Positions 35,986 through 47,473 of a DNA stretch of 64,000 nucleotides are shown here, one piece after another. The notes under the pieces were generated by a model. The model was not told the origin of the DNA and ran no database searches. It saw nothing but the letters and a program-made list of their open reading frames with translations. The position numbers were made by a program, and so were the translations under genes. The first letter of the stretch is position 1. The number at the start of each line of letters is the position of its first letter. This DNA is from Bugula neritina (taxonomy: Eukaryota; Animalia; Bryozoa): contig OZ037772.1 of the NCBI GenBank assembly GCA_964035545.1, forward strand, positions 3,501,538-3,565,537, read 5' to 3'.

Positions 35986-36364
35986 GGGAATTATTTTCAA
36001 CATGAAGAGTGTAAGCAAGTTCCAATAACAAGAAGCTAAACATTTGCCAACTTTGAGTCCTCTAACAGCTGCAAGGCCATCTTAAGCTTTTACCTAAACA
36101 AATGATGCCTAAGAACTTTTTAATCCCCACCCCAGAAAGAAACCTTGTGTCCATCACCTGTAAGACACACCATGTTTCTAATGTATTCCTTAGCTACAGT
36201 TTCACAAGAGAATGGATACTCTACCAGACGTGTGTATGATATGTGAGTGGTAGATGAGCTCACCTGGTCAGTCATTGAAAGTCGAATGAGTTCACTGGAT
36301 ATCACTCCGTCTGTGTCACACAGGAAGTGCTTCTTCTGAGAGTTCTGGACCTTCGTCTTCGCTC

Positions 36365-36790
36365 CTATGGCAACAGCAGGGAGACTATTAGTTACTATAG
36401 CAACAGCAATGAAACTATTAGTTATTATAGCAACAGCAGTGAAACTATTAGTTACTATGGCAACAGCAGTGAAACTATTAGTTACTATAGCAACAGTAGA
36501 GAAACTAGTAGTTACTATGGCAACAGCAGTGACACTATTAGTTACTATAGCAACAGCAGTGTAACTAGTAGCTTAACTAACTCGTGCACAGAGCAAATAT
36601 AAACATACACAGCTATAGTATACACAGAGTATATATAAACATACACAGCTATAGTGTACACAGAGTATATATAAATATACACAGCTATATACAGAGTATA
36701 TATAAATATACACAGCTATAGTGTACACAGAGTATATATAAATATACACAGCTATAGTGTACACAGTGTAGATATAAATATACACAGCAA
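36365..36790. repeat. Two adjacent minisatellites: 30-bp GTTACTATAGCAACAGCAGTGAAACTATTA (~36365-36560) and ~36-bp TACACAGAGTATATATAAATATACACAGCTATAGTG (~36590-36790)
   Basis: Direct tandem repeats filling one intron. Confidence 0.9.
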
Positions 36791-38101
36791 CAGTAAGGGT
36801 TGACACCATAATTTAGAATGAAGGAAGATTCTGTTTTCACCTGAAGAAGGTAGAAGCTGTTGGGTGGTCCTGTGTTCAATAGATGAGAGATTATCTCGGT
36901 ATATGGTGTACGCATCATCAGATATGGGAGTGAGTCCTTGGTGGTCACATTTGAAGAGAGAGAAAGGTTCTGATACTCTGTGGGATATGTACAGTACATC
37001 AATTCAGACATGTACAGATTTGATGGATATAATGGTTTGTCTACTGTGAGCTATAGTCTATACCTATAGCCAACTATACTATGTATTGTACAGAAAGAAA
37101 CAATTTCTCTCTCGTATACAATGGCACATATTCAGATATATCTTTATTGTATACTATGGTGTTACTAACTGGTCAATATTAATACAGTCTCTGCCCCCAC
37201 TACTATAAACCATATGTAAAACTAGTAACATTTCTGTCAATATCTATTAATAACATTCTGAGAACAGCATGTATATAAATGATAACTTTTTACCAGTAAA
37301 TATTTCTACTGTAAGAACAGCTCACAGGAAAGCCACGTTGTCGACTACTGACTCATAATTATCACTAGTTGACTACTAGTAACCATGGTAACAACTAACA
37401 TCTTATTACTATCAAATGTTACTTGCTATCACCTGAATAAGTATCAGAATAAAGGTATAATGTATGAATAATGTTGGCAGACAGCAGCCTACCAGTATGT
37501 CACTCTTAGTAACTGAGTCAATATACTGAGAAGTTACAGGGAGATGATACAATCCTTATATCTAATCACTTGTACTAAACGAGGAATAAGAAAACTTGTG
37601 TTCTAGTGTGAACCAAAATCTCTACTTGACTACAAACATAGCTGATACTCTCCCCTGTTTATATAATAAAATTGTAATCTAAAGAATACAAACACACTTT
37701 TCCTTAGTGGATGTCAGGACTGGACTACTCAAAGCTCTCACCAGTTTCAACTTCTCAGGAGCATTGAGGAACACGGTCTACAAAATACACCCACACATAT
37801 CTAGAACTACCCTCTATATTCACTAAACAGAGTTCCTCAGTCTACTCGGCATGATAGGACAAACCCAGCAGGAAATAAACTCAAGGCTAAAACAGTTATC
37901 TGACTGTGAATCACACATTTTATGTTTCCACATTGCAGAACACATTTAATCAGCACACACTAGGCTAACTACAATCAGCTAGTCTCATGGTTCTCTCTCA
38001 TACTATAGAGAGCTAAGTCTATCTAACTGGTGGCCAGCTATAAAGTTCTGAGTATTTATATAGTGTGCCCATGAATTGTTAACAGGGTGGACTCAACTTC
38101 T

Positions 38102-39382
38102 TTAACCCCTTCGTCTCGAACTCTCTGTATAATACTTATATTATGGGGCGCAGTAGCTATGTATTTTTGTAAATTGAAAAAAGTATTTAAATATACTCCA
38201 GTTGCAGTTTTATAATAGATTTGGAGACAACTAGCTAATGTTTAAATGAAAACATTTAATGGCCTACACCAAGCTTGAAAATAATTAGATATAAGCCCAC
38301 CCCTTGTGCTAGTCACATATTCATATTCATAGCTTAAGTGAGCTGAAGCACACATCACAGTGGCTGATCATCACCACACACATTCTCACACTGTTCTCAT
38401 AAACTGCAGAGTCGTAAATATGTTCTCTTCACATTGGTACTTAAACTCGTACTGAAAGTGTTACTCATAACTGTTCATATTGACACTGACATTATGAAGT
38501 TAGTAGTGATATTTCATTTTCAATAGTAGGGCTTTTAGATGGTATTGATTCATCCACAATGAGAAATACTTGCAAATGTTGATAAATTATTATATGATTG
38601 AATTGGTGAGTTATAATGTGTATCATTCAAATGTGAATACTGAACATGATCTGGTCACCTTGATTACCTCATATTGATTCATCGCAATTGTCAGTATAAT
38701 TGTGCCATAGAGAATTCTATCAAGTTTGAAAATTGACATTCAGTTTCACATTGCTCATTCAGTGGTCCATGCTTAGTGTCACATTGGCCTTTAGGCTTAA
38801 AGCAACGAAATCTAACAGTAACACTATCTATAAGTATATTTATATTATTATCGAGTATTAGCATTATGACATAAAATTAAACTTAAAGCCTGTCAGTTGT
38901 AGTGTCTATGAAATTAAATTCCAAAAATAAAAAAAAAACAAAATAACAACTTTTATTCACGCTTCAACTTTCAAAACGAAGACTAGGTTCAACCCAACGA
39001 GGTAAGAGGTGATCATTTAATCAGTTAATCACAATGCCTAGTATGTTATCACATTCACGTAAGTTTTCACTGTGAATCACAATAATTATGAGTATGATTT
39101 AATGAGTATGGCAATCCCAACGACAATAAGTAGGTAAATCAAATATCCTTTAGCCCCGCCTACTTTCGCAAAATCGAGTGGCATCGATAGCCCGAGCAAA
39201 ATCTGGAAAGCGTTCAGTACAGAAAACCTGTTTAGACCTCTTTTTGATTTGCTAATAACTTTTAATATAGTTCATGCAGAGAAAATTTGAAGATATCATT
39301 GTGTAGCAGAGCCTTATATTAAACTGATTTTATGATCACGAACCCCTTCAAATCCTCTGCTCCTTGTGGTAAGGAGTGTTAA
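38102..39382. mobile_element. Possible degenerate TTAA-flanked (piggyBac-like) non-autonomous element
   Basis: TTAA|CCCCTT at the left and AAGGAGTG|TTAA at the right. The TIR match is short and imperfect. Confidence 0.25.
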
Positions 39383-40789
39383 AATATAGTAAAAATCCAT
39401 ATTTTTCAATCGATAATTTAAGTTATAATTTGTGACAGATATGTAAAATGAATATATTTTAAAACCATCTCTAAGGGTTTTCTATCAATTGAAGTATTAA
39501 TATGATGATATTATGCTTTAGCTATTTAGTTATAATGATTTAAGTCGAAGGCTATGCTCAAGACTTGTAGATTTTTGAGATAGCTATTACGCTATTGTTG
39601 CTAAACGCATGAAAATAAGTGGGTTCGCTAAAGCATTCATGGCGTGAAGATTTAATTGCTCGGGTAACTGGTTGAACGTCATAAATTTACAAGCTAATAT
39701 CTGCACTTGTAGTTGATCTTGCCTGTTGAAAGTGCATTGAAGTTCACTCAAATTTTTTTGTCTACCGATCTAACCTAAAATTAAACTGTAAAGCGTTACT
39801 TGAAAATTATCATTTGATGTACCTACAATAAGTATAACTGTGAGTGTGAGTGACTGACTGACTGAGTGTGACTGATAAGAGCCAGGCCAATGCCAGGGGC
39901 AATCGCAATCACAATCGGTATGACTGAACCACTATCAGTATAAGTATTACAATCACAAAGTCAAATGACAATGCCAATAGCACTATCAATATCATATTGA
40001 ATTGAATTTTGAATGCGAATATCAAATACTAATAGCACCCTCTTACTCTTAGTCTTACTATTACTATTAGTATTACTATTACTATTAGTATTACTTACAA
40101 CTTGCTTATGCAAGAGAATTAAATCTTTAAAGCGTAGCATCCTTTTCAAGCAAAATAAGGATAATAAGTTTCGTCAAATTGAGTTAAAAACTACAACTTA
40201 TAAGTCACAAGTATAAAGCAACTCATGCTGATGCTCAGTCATCACTAATCCTAGTGTAGTGGGTACGGCAAGCATATAGCATAATTTATTTTACAATGCG
40301 ACAAGATTATCTAGACGGTGCGCTTACGCCTCTCATTGTACTTAAGCAATATCCAATTGTATGGTTTTGTGACTTTAAAATCCGTTTTTGAGAAGCAAGG
40401 CTAGATAGAAATTAATGATCGATATTGACTCGCTAAGAGTACTCATGTAAACCCGCAAACTACAACTTTTAACTTGACCGCAAAGCTGGAAGTACGATAA
40501 GCGTCGCCGTATTGATTTCAGGCGAATTTTAGTTGATTTCTTTCAAACTGCTGAGAAGTAATATTTGCTTCCATTTTATGTCTGTATCAGCCATCAGGGC
40601 TATCGCGATACAATTATAAATGTTCTTAATTCAATCAATATTATGAAATAATTATTGTAGAAAATTCAATTTTGAGACATAGTTATAGTACATACTCATA
40701 CTCAATCCCATACTCAATCTCATACTGAGTCTGATACTCATAGTCATAGTGATAGTCTTTGCCAGATTATTGCTAGATAATTTAAGCTA

Positions 40790-40875
40790 GTACTACTACT
40801 AGTACTACTACTACTAGTACTACTACTACTAGTACTACTACTACTAGTACTACTACTACTACTACTAGTACTAAT
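40790..40875. repeat. (TAC)n microsatellite
   Basis: tactactactag runs. Confidence 0.85.
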
Positions 40876-41654
40876 AGTATTATTCACAGTACTAATAGTA
40901 ATAGTATTAGAGTAATACTAATTGTAACACTACCACTAGTAGTAGCAGTAGTGCTAGTAGTAGTAGGCTACATGATGATGATCATTATGATTATGATTAT
41001 GAAGATGGTTATTACTATAACTATTACGGTATGAGTATAACTATAACTGTATTAATATTTGATTTTATTTTGCATTGCTAATTGAAGACCATGCGTTAAA
41101 ATTAACTGTTTCTCTCTTTTCAAGTTGCACACTAATAGACATATATGCTTTCAATTTTTTTGGTCTATCTTTATGTTGTGAAACTTGACCAGTATGACTA
41201 CGACTAACTGTAACTAGAATAAAATATTGGAGGATAGAGAAGTTCCATACAGTTACACCTCCTTTGACTTGTGCTACCGTCGGTAGTGCTAAAAGAGTGG
41301 AGCCAAAGAAAAGCATAATCACAGAATTCACAGCCTGCTGGTTTGAGATTTTTGTGGTCTAGAGATTGTACTGGGTTACAGAGATCTTTTTCCCGTCTGT
41401 GAATTTTTGATCCCTGCGGTTGTTTCTGACTGTGAGTAGTTGGAGGTGTTGAGGGAGTGGGCTCACTGGGTAGGCTATATTATTGTAATCATATTAACCA
41501 ACTTGACAGTTTACTAATTCATTGTCTAACTCTGTCTGTCTTAGTCTAGTAACACTATTTATTTACTTATTAATTTATTTATTTGACTAAATCTTGTCTG
41601 TCTTTGTCTAGTAACACTATTTATTTATTTATTTACTTATTAATTTAATTAAAT

Positions 41655-42795
41655 TACTAGTTTATATTACCAAGTTATATTACTAGTTTATATTACCAAG
41701 TTATATTACTAGTTTATGTTACCAAGTTATATTAATAGTTTATATTACCAAGGTATATTACTAGTTTATATTACCGAATTATATTACTAGTTAATGTTAC
41801 TAAGTTATATTACTAGTTTATATTACCAAGTTATATTACTAGTTTATGTAACCAAGTTATATTACTAGTTTATGTTACCAGTTTATGTTACCAAGTTATA
41901 TCACTAGTTTATGTTACCAAATTAAATCACTAGTTTATATTACCAAGTTATACTACCGAGTTATATTACTAGTTTATGTTATCAAGTTATATTACTAGTT
42001 TATGTTATCAAGTTATATTACTAGTTTATTTTGCCAAGTTATATTACTAGTTTATATTACCAAGTTATATTACTAGTTTATATCACCAAGTTATATTACT
42101 AGTTTATGTTACCAAGTTATATTACTAGTTTATGTTACCAAGTTACATTACTAGTTTATATTACCAAGTTATATTACTAGTTTATATTACCAAATTAAAT
42201 CACTAGTTTATATTACCAAGTTATACTACCGAGTTATATTACTAGTTTATGTTGCGAAGTTATATTACTAGTTTATGTTATCAAGTTATATTACTAGTTT
42301 ATGTTACCAAGTTATATTACTAGTTGATATTACCAAGTTATATTACTAGTTTACGTTACCAAATTATATTACTAGTTTATTTTGCCAAGTTATATTACTA
42401 GTTTATATTACCAAGTTATATTACTAGTTTATATCACCAATTTATATTACTAGTTTATGTTACGAAGTTATATTACTAGTTTACGTTACCAAATTATATT
42501 ACTAGTTTATTTAGCCAAGTTATATTACCAGTTTATATTACCAAGTTATATTACTAGTTTATTTTGCCAAGTTATATTACTAGTTTATATTACCAAGTTA
42601 TATTACTAGTTTATATCACCAAGTTATATTACTAGTTTATGTTACCAAGTTATATTACTAGTTTATGTTACCAAGTTATATTACTAGTTTATGTTACCAA
42701 GTTATATTACTAGTTTATATCACCAAGTTATATTACTAGTTTATATCACCAAGTTATATTACTAGTTTATATTACCAAGTTATATTACTAGTTTA
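41655..42795. repeat. Minisatellite, 26-bp unit TTACTAGTTTAT(A/G)TTACCAAGTTATA, ~44 copies
   Basis: Tandem repeat that is itself a diverged 13-bp dimer. Confidence 0.96.
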
Positions 42796-43732
42796 TTTTG
42801 TTCTAAACTCTATTAGAGTTTAAAAGTGTTGCTTTCTGTTGTACTTATATCTGTGCTGGCCAGGATTTTTGAATGATTTTTGTAATGTATTTACGTAACA
42901 GAGTGTAAAATTAAAGCTGAATTTGCCTTATTTTTTATATATTTTGTTTGTGATTATCAGCATTTTTATTTGTAGAGATAAAATTTATCAAAAGAGTTTC
43001 ATACACTTGTATTTACTTAGACTCGGACTGTGTTGGTGTGTGTGGGGGGGGGGACTTTGCTCAGACACCTGCAAGTACGAGCTGTCATGCACACTAGGCA
43101 GGACGTGTCAAGGTGGCAGGTGCTTCTATCCGTGTACTGACAACACAGCCTGTCCTAGTGATGGACAGATCTGTCACCATGGTGTCTGTAAAGAGGGCTG
43201 TCAGGTGAGTAGTCACTATGACTTATACTGCGAGTTATCGATGATTTTCATACTATGAGTTATGACTACCTACTATAGTTTATACTGTGAGACCAAGTAG
43301 CTGCTGTAACTTATACTGCAAATCATGACTAACTGATATCACTCATACTGTGAGTCATGACTAACTGATATCACTTATACTGTGAGACCAAGTAGCTGCT
43401 GTAACTTATACTGTGAGTCAATTATCAAAAATAGCAAAGAAGTAGAGATATACTGTGTATTAAATTTAGTAAAGTTACCTAATTATGACTGGATGCTCTT
43501 CCTTGCATCACCAAAGGTTTTTACTGGGGCTTAAACCCATTACTTTAAGTTTACTAAGCAAACACTCTAACCCCTAGATCACTGCTGCACTTGCTAATGA
43601 TCACACTTTATGTATGATTGGTACCCAAATAGGACAGAGCAAAGATAACTAAAGCGAAGATAGAATATATTTTGACACTGCTGAAAAGAATTAAGCATAG
43701 ACCGTGTTATCTCATAAAGCCTTAATATAATT

Positions 43733-44270
43733 AAGTATAGTTACTCTGTTAGTATAGTTACTCTGTTAGTATAGTTACTCTGTTAGTACAGTTACTCTGT
43801 TAGTATAATTACTCTGTTAGTATAGTTACTCTGTTAGTATAGTTACTCTGTTAGTATAGTTCCTCTGTTAGTATAGTTACTCTGTTAGTATAGTTACTCT
43901 GTTAGTATAGTTACTCTGTTAGTATAGTTACTCTGTTAGTACAGTTACTCTGTTAGTATAGTTACTCTGTTAGTACAGTTACTCTGTTAGTATAATTACT
44001 CTGTTAGTATAGTTACTCTGTTAGTATAGTTACTCTGTTAGTATAGTTACTCTGTTAGTATAGTTACTCTGTTAGTATAGTTACTCTGTTAGTACAGTTA
44101 CTCTGTTAGTACAGTTACTCTGTTAGTACAGTTACTCTGTTAGTACAGTTACTCTGTTAGTATAGTTACTCTGTTAGTATAGTTACTCTGTTAGTATAGT
44201 TACTCTGTTAGTATAGTTACTCTGTTAGTATAGTTACTCTGTTAGTATAGTTGCTCTGTTAGTATAGTTA
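43733..44270. repeat. Minisatellite, 17-bp unit AGTATAGTTACTCTGTT, ~31 copies
   Basis: Homogeneous tandem repeat. Confidence 0.97.
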
Positions 44271-44519
44271 CAGTAACAGTTTGCTAGTCATAATAACTTG
44301 CACTGTTAGTTGCTTAACAAGTTATTCTACATCTCTTGTAGCCACAACCAAAATGGTGTCTATATATCCTGCTAGTGACTTGAGTAATGACTCATATGTC
44401 TCCTACAGTACGAGTGGTCAGCTTGCGGCAGTGTTGGAAGAGAGTGGAGACAACTTGGATCAGAGGTATAGGTATTGCTTAGTATAAGTTATACCATTAC
44501 CATATATTAGCAGAATGAC

Positions 44520-44635
44520 AGATGAACTGACTGACAGACTGACTGATTGACTGACAAACTGACTGACTGACTGACTGACAAACTGACTGACTGACTGACT
44601 GGACAGACAGACTGACTGACTGACTGACTGACTGA

Positions 44636-44666
<31 letters not shown>

Positions 44667-44705
44667 ACTGACTGACTGACTGACTGACTGGACAGACAGA
44701 CAGAT
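44520..44705. repeat. (GACT)n/(GGCT)n/(GACA)n tetranucleotide microsatellite
   Basis: Direct observation. Confidence 0.9.
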
Positions 44706-45593
44706 AAACAGATAGGTAAATATCGATCAGATATATAGTGAAGCTACCAACTGAGACCCAGACTGTGTTTTGATACTGGTATATAATATCTTTCTACAAT
44801 GTGTTTACAGTTTACTGTACAAAGTATAGTTCCATCAGATGGACTCACTCTACTCATGTGTAAGACTCATCTAGAATGTCTACCCAATCTGATCTGTGTT
44901 AGCGAGGTGTGCACACTGACGTGTAAAAGTGACTCCGAGTGTGCATCTAACCAGGTTAGATACTACATACATGTCTCTATCCTAGCAGGTATTTCACAAA
45001 CTATTCTGAAACCCATACTTTTATTGTTCATTGTCTATGTATTCTCCACCATATTTTTACTAGAAGTAAACTTTATTTCAGTAATGAGTTTAAAATAAAT
45101 TATTGTTTCGCATTGTACAGTTTATTATTGCCTGAATCTTGTAATAAGAATATTGACAATATTAGAGCAGCTATGTGATTGGCTTAACAATACCAGAGCA
45201 GGGATTTGATTGGCTTAACAATATCAGTGCAGCGATGTGATTAGTTTTACAATATCAGAGCAGGAATGTTATTGGCTACTCTGTTCTGTTCTGCAGGGCT
45301 TCAGAGGAAATTGAGGGGAAATGGGATTGCCCTGTGCTGTAGGGGATTGCCCTGGAAAACCCGGACATCAATGTCCAATGGGAGAGAGCCGGTCGACTGG
45401 GCTCAAGAGATTCCTCGGACCAGTCGGTGCTCCTGGTTATCCTGACCTGCAAGAACCGAGGTTGGTGAATAGTATCTTTGTGGGGCTCACTGCTTATGTG
45501 GGAGTCGTCTCCTCTGAAATATTTGGAAATATAGCTTGAGTTCCTTGCCCTGTATTATCAGTTAGCCACGCCCAGGTGTTTCACAGTTTATTA

Positions 45594-46098
45594 CAGGGTT
45601 GGGGTAATTGTAATTTGTAATTGTAATTTGTTGTATTTAATTACATTTTTTCAAGTATTGAATGTAATTTGTAATTGATGTATAAAAATGTAATTGTAAT
45701 TGTAATTAATTACATATCTAATGTAATTGATTTTTACAATTACATCTCAATTACTTCAAACTTTTAAATCTTAAAAAATTCATTCTTTTTTAACATGCCT
45801 ACTGTTAAATAACAAGTTCAGGTTAAGTCAATGTAGTATAGTATCAGTGTTGAGAACAAAGGAGGTTCACCACTGTCAAAATTGCCCCTGCTAGTTGGAT
45901 CCTAGAAAGGAAATTGCATAACTTCTATTTGTCCTTTGTGAGAACAAAAGTAATTGTAATTGTACTTAATTGCTTTACAATGTAATTTTGTAATGTAATT
46001 AATTACATTTATTTCAACTGTAATTATAATTGTAATTGACAAATTCTCATGTAATTGTAATTAATTACATTCACATGTAATTGACCCCAACAACCCTG
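45594..46098. mobile_element. hAT-like MITE, 505 bp
   Basis: CAGGGTTG...CAACCCTG termini, perfect 8-bp TSD GTTTATTA, and TGTAAT subterminal repeats. Confidence 0.9.
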
Positions 46099-46714
46099 GT
46101 TTATTATGGAGCTCATACTTTTATTGTTCAAGGTCTAGATGTATTCTCCACCATGTTTTTTTACTAGAAGTAAACTTTAATTCAGTAATAAGTTTAAAAT
46201 AAATTGTTTTTTCATATTTTGCTGTTTATTATTGCCTGAGTATTGTAATGAAAATATTGGCTTCACAATATCAGTGCAGCGATGTGATTGGTTTGACAAT
46301 ATCAATGCAGCGATGTGATTGGCTACTCTGTTCTGTTCTGCAGGGCCATGCCTACTTGTATTATGTGTTAATCTTGTTTTGCAGTGAACAGAAAAGGAAA
46401 ATGGGTCCCAAAAGACACCCGCGATCTTACAGAACTGATGGAGAGGGAGGGTTCGCCCGATGTTGATGGCCTGCCTGGTATATCCGGCAATCCTGGAGAT
46501 GCAGGAGAAAGGAGACCACCTTGTTTCTCAGGAGATACCGGAGTTCTTGGAGAACCAGGTGATGTTTATGCTCAATTGAGTTTAATCTGTCAAGTTTCGT
46601 TGGGATCTTTTTCGTTTTCGTTATTTTATGTTTGTTACGTGGAAAAAGGAAAAAACTCTGTCTTGGAGCATTTTGGTTTTTTCAGAGAGCTTTAGATTAT
46701 TTTATTATGGTCTA

Positions 46715-46900
46715 CACAGGGGTGTAGACAGACTAAACTAGACAGGGGTGTAGACAGACTAAACTAGACAGGGCTGTAAACAGACTAAACTACACTGGGG
46801 TGTAGACAGACTAAGCTTGACAGGGGCGTAGACAGACTAAACTACATAGGGGTGTAGACAGAATAAACTACACAGGGCTGTAGACAGACTAGACTAACCA
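46715..46900. repeat. Minisatellite, 30-bp unit ACAGGGGTGTAGACAGACTAAACTA.., ~6 copies
   Basis: Tandem repeat in a collagen intron. Confidence 0.85.
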
Positions 46901-47239
46901 GTGGTCTAGATGGACTAAACCTACTACGAACTTACAATTACCTTGCGTCATGACGTCTCTATTCTCTCCTATAATTTGACCTTTATTTAGGGAGCAGATT
47001 TCTAGTAGGCTATACTATAGTGACCAGTCACACTGTTTATTATAGCAACATAGAAATCAAGTTGAAAACTAGTTGCACCTGTTGTGATGCTATCAATGGG
47101 TGCTTACAGGTAGAGATGGAGTACCTGGAACTGTTCAGATCGGATATCGGGGTAAACAAGGAGATCAAGGTCCTACAGCTAAGAATGAGGAGTTACTCAC
47201 CCTTGCTTGTGTATTTCTGTTCTTTTTAGGTATTCTATA

Positions 47240-47473
47240 ATATGCTGGGGTTTCCCTCACAGCTATTATATATGCTGGAATTTCCCTCACACCTATGATA
47301 TATGCCGGGGTTTCCCTCACAGCTATGCTGTATGCTAGGGTTTCCCTCACAGCTATTATATATGCTGGAATTCCCCTCACACCTATGCTATATGCTGGGG
47401 TTTCCCTCACAGATATTCTATATGCTGGGGTTTCCCTCACAGATATGCTGTATGCTGGGGTTCTCCTCACAGC
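47240..47473. repeat. Minisatellite, 30-bp unit TATGCTGGGGTTTCCCTCACAGCTATTATA, ~8 copies
   Basis: Tandem repeat giving 10-aa periodic ORFs. Confidence 0.92.

Larger units (their letters stand above)
33281..37777 (-). pseudogene. C6orf136: C6orf136/DUF2358-family gene, disrupted copy (first and last exons not located)
   Basis: Minus-strand GT-AG exons 37777-37698, 37040-36841, 36364-36264, 35265-35065, 34782-34685, 34496-34370, 33590-33480 and 33350-33281. The last five splice to ...LEEIKVKITEQFPVFFKSSVHYYNHYTTDLVFENNFTGKNKTFKGIAKYAMQLTKLRLLCNLLYADVNLYIINISSHPDDG/AIKVRWTMRGVSQWRALMFWKWNLF...IKKDGFNTFWVNKNGLIYRHHLDR. From memory this matches the C6orf136 pattern (LP.LF...HDY..Y..DV.F.N; HPE..T...RW...G; D..STFY.N..GLI.RH.LDK). 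Lesions: +1 nt in the C5 run at 34383-34387 and an in-frame TGA at 37004-37006. Confidence 0.82.
43065..44954 (+). other. Cysteine-rich exons (43065-43204, 44839-44954; possibly 44410-44466) upstream of the collagen exons
   Basis: AG/GT-bounded exons encode DTCKYELSCTLGRTCQGGRCFYPCTDNTACPSDGQICHHGVCKEGCQ and DGLTLLMCKTHLECLPNLICVSEVCTLTCKSDSECASNQ, a short extracellular Cys-repeat pattern. Confidence 0.65.

Noticed and set aside
41065-41331. 88-aa minus-strand ORF with a signal-peptide-like start
   Set aside because: It has a GTG start, no recognisable domain and no linked exons.
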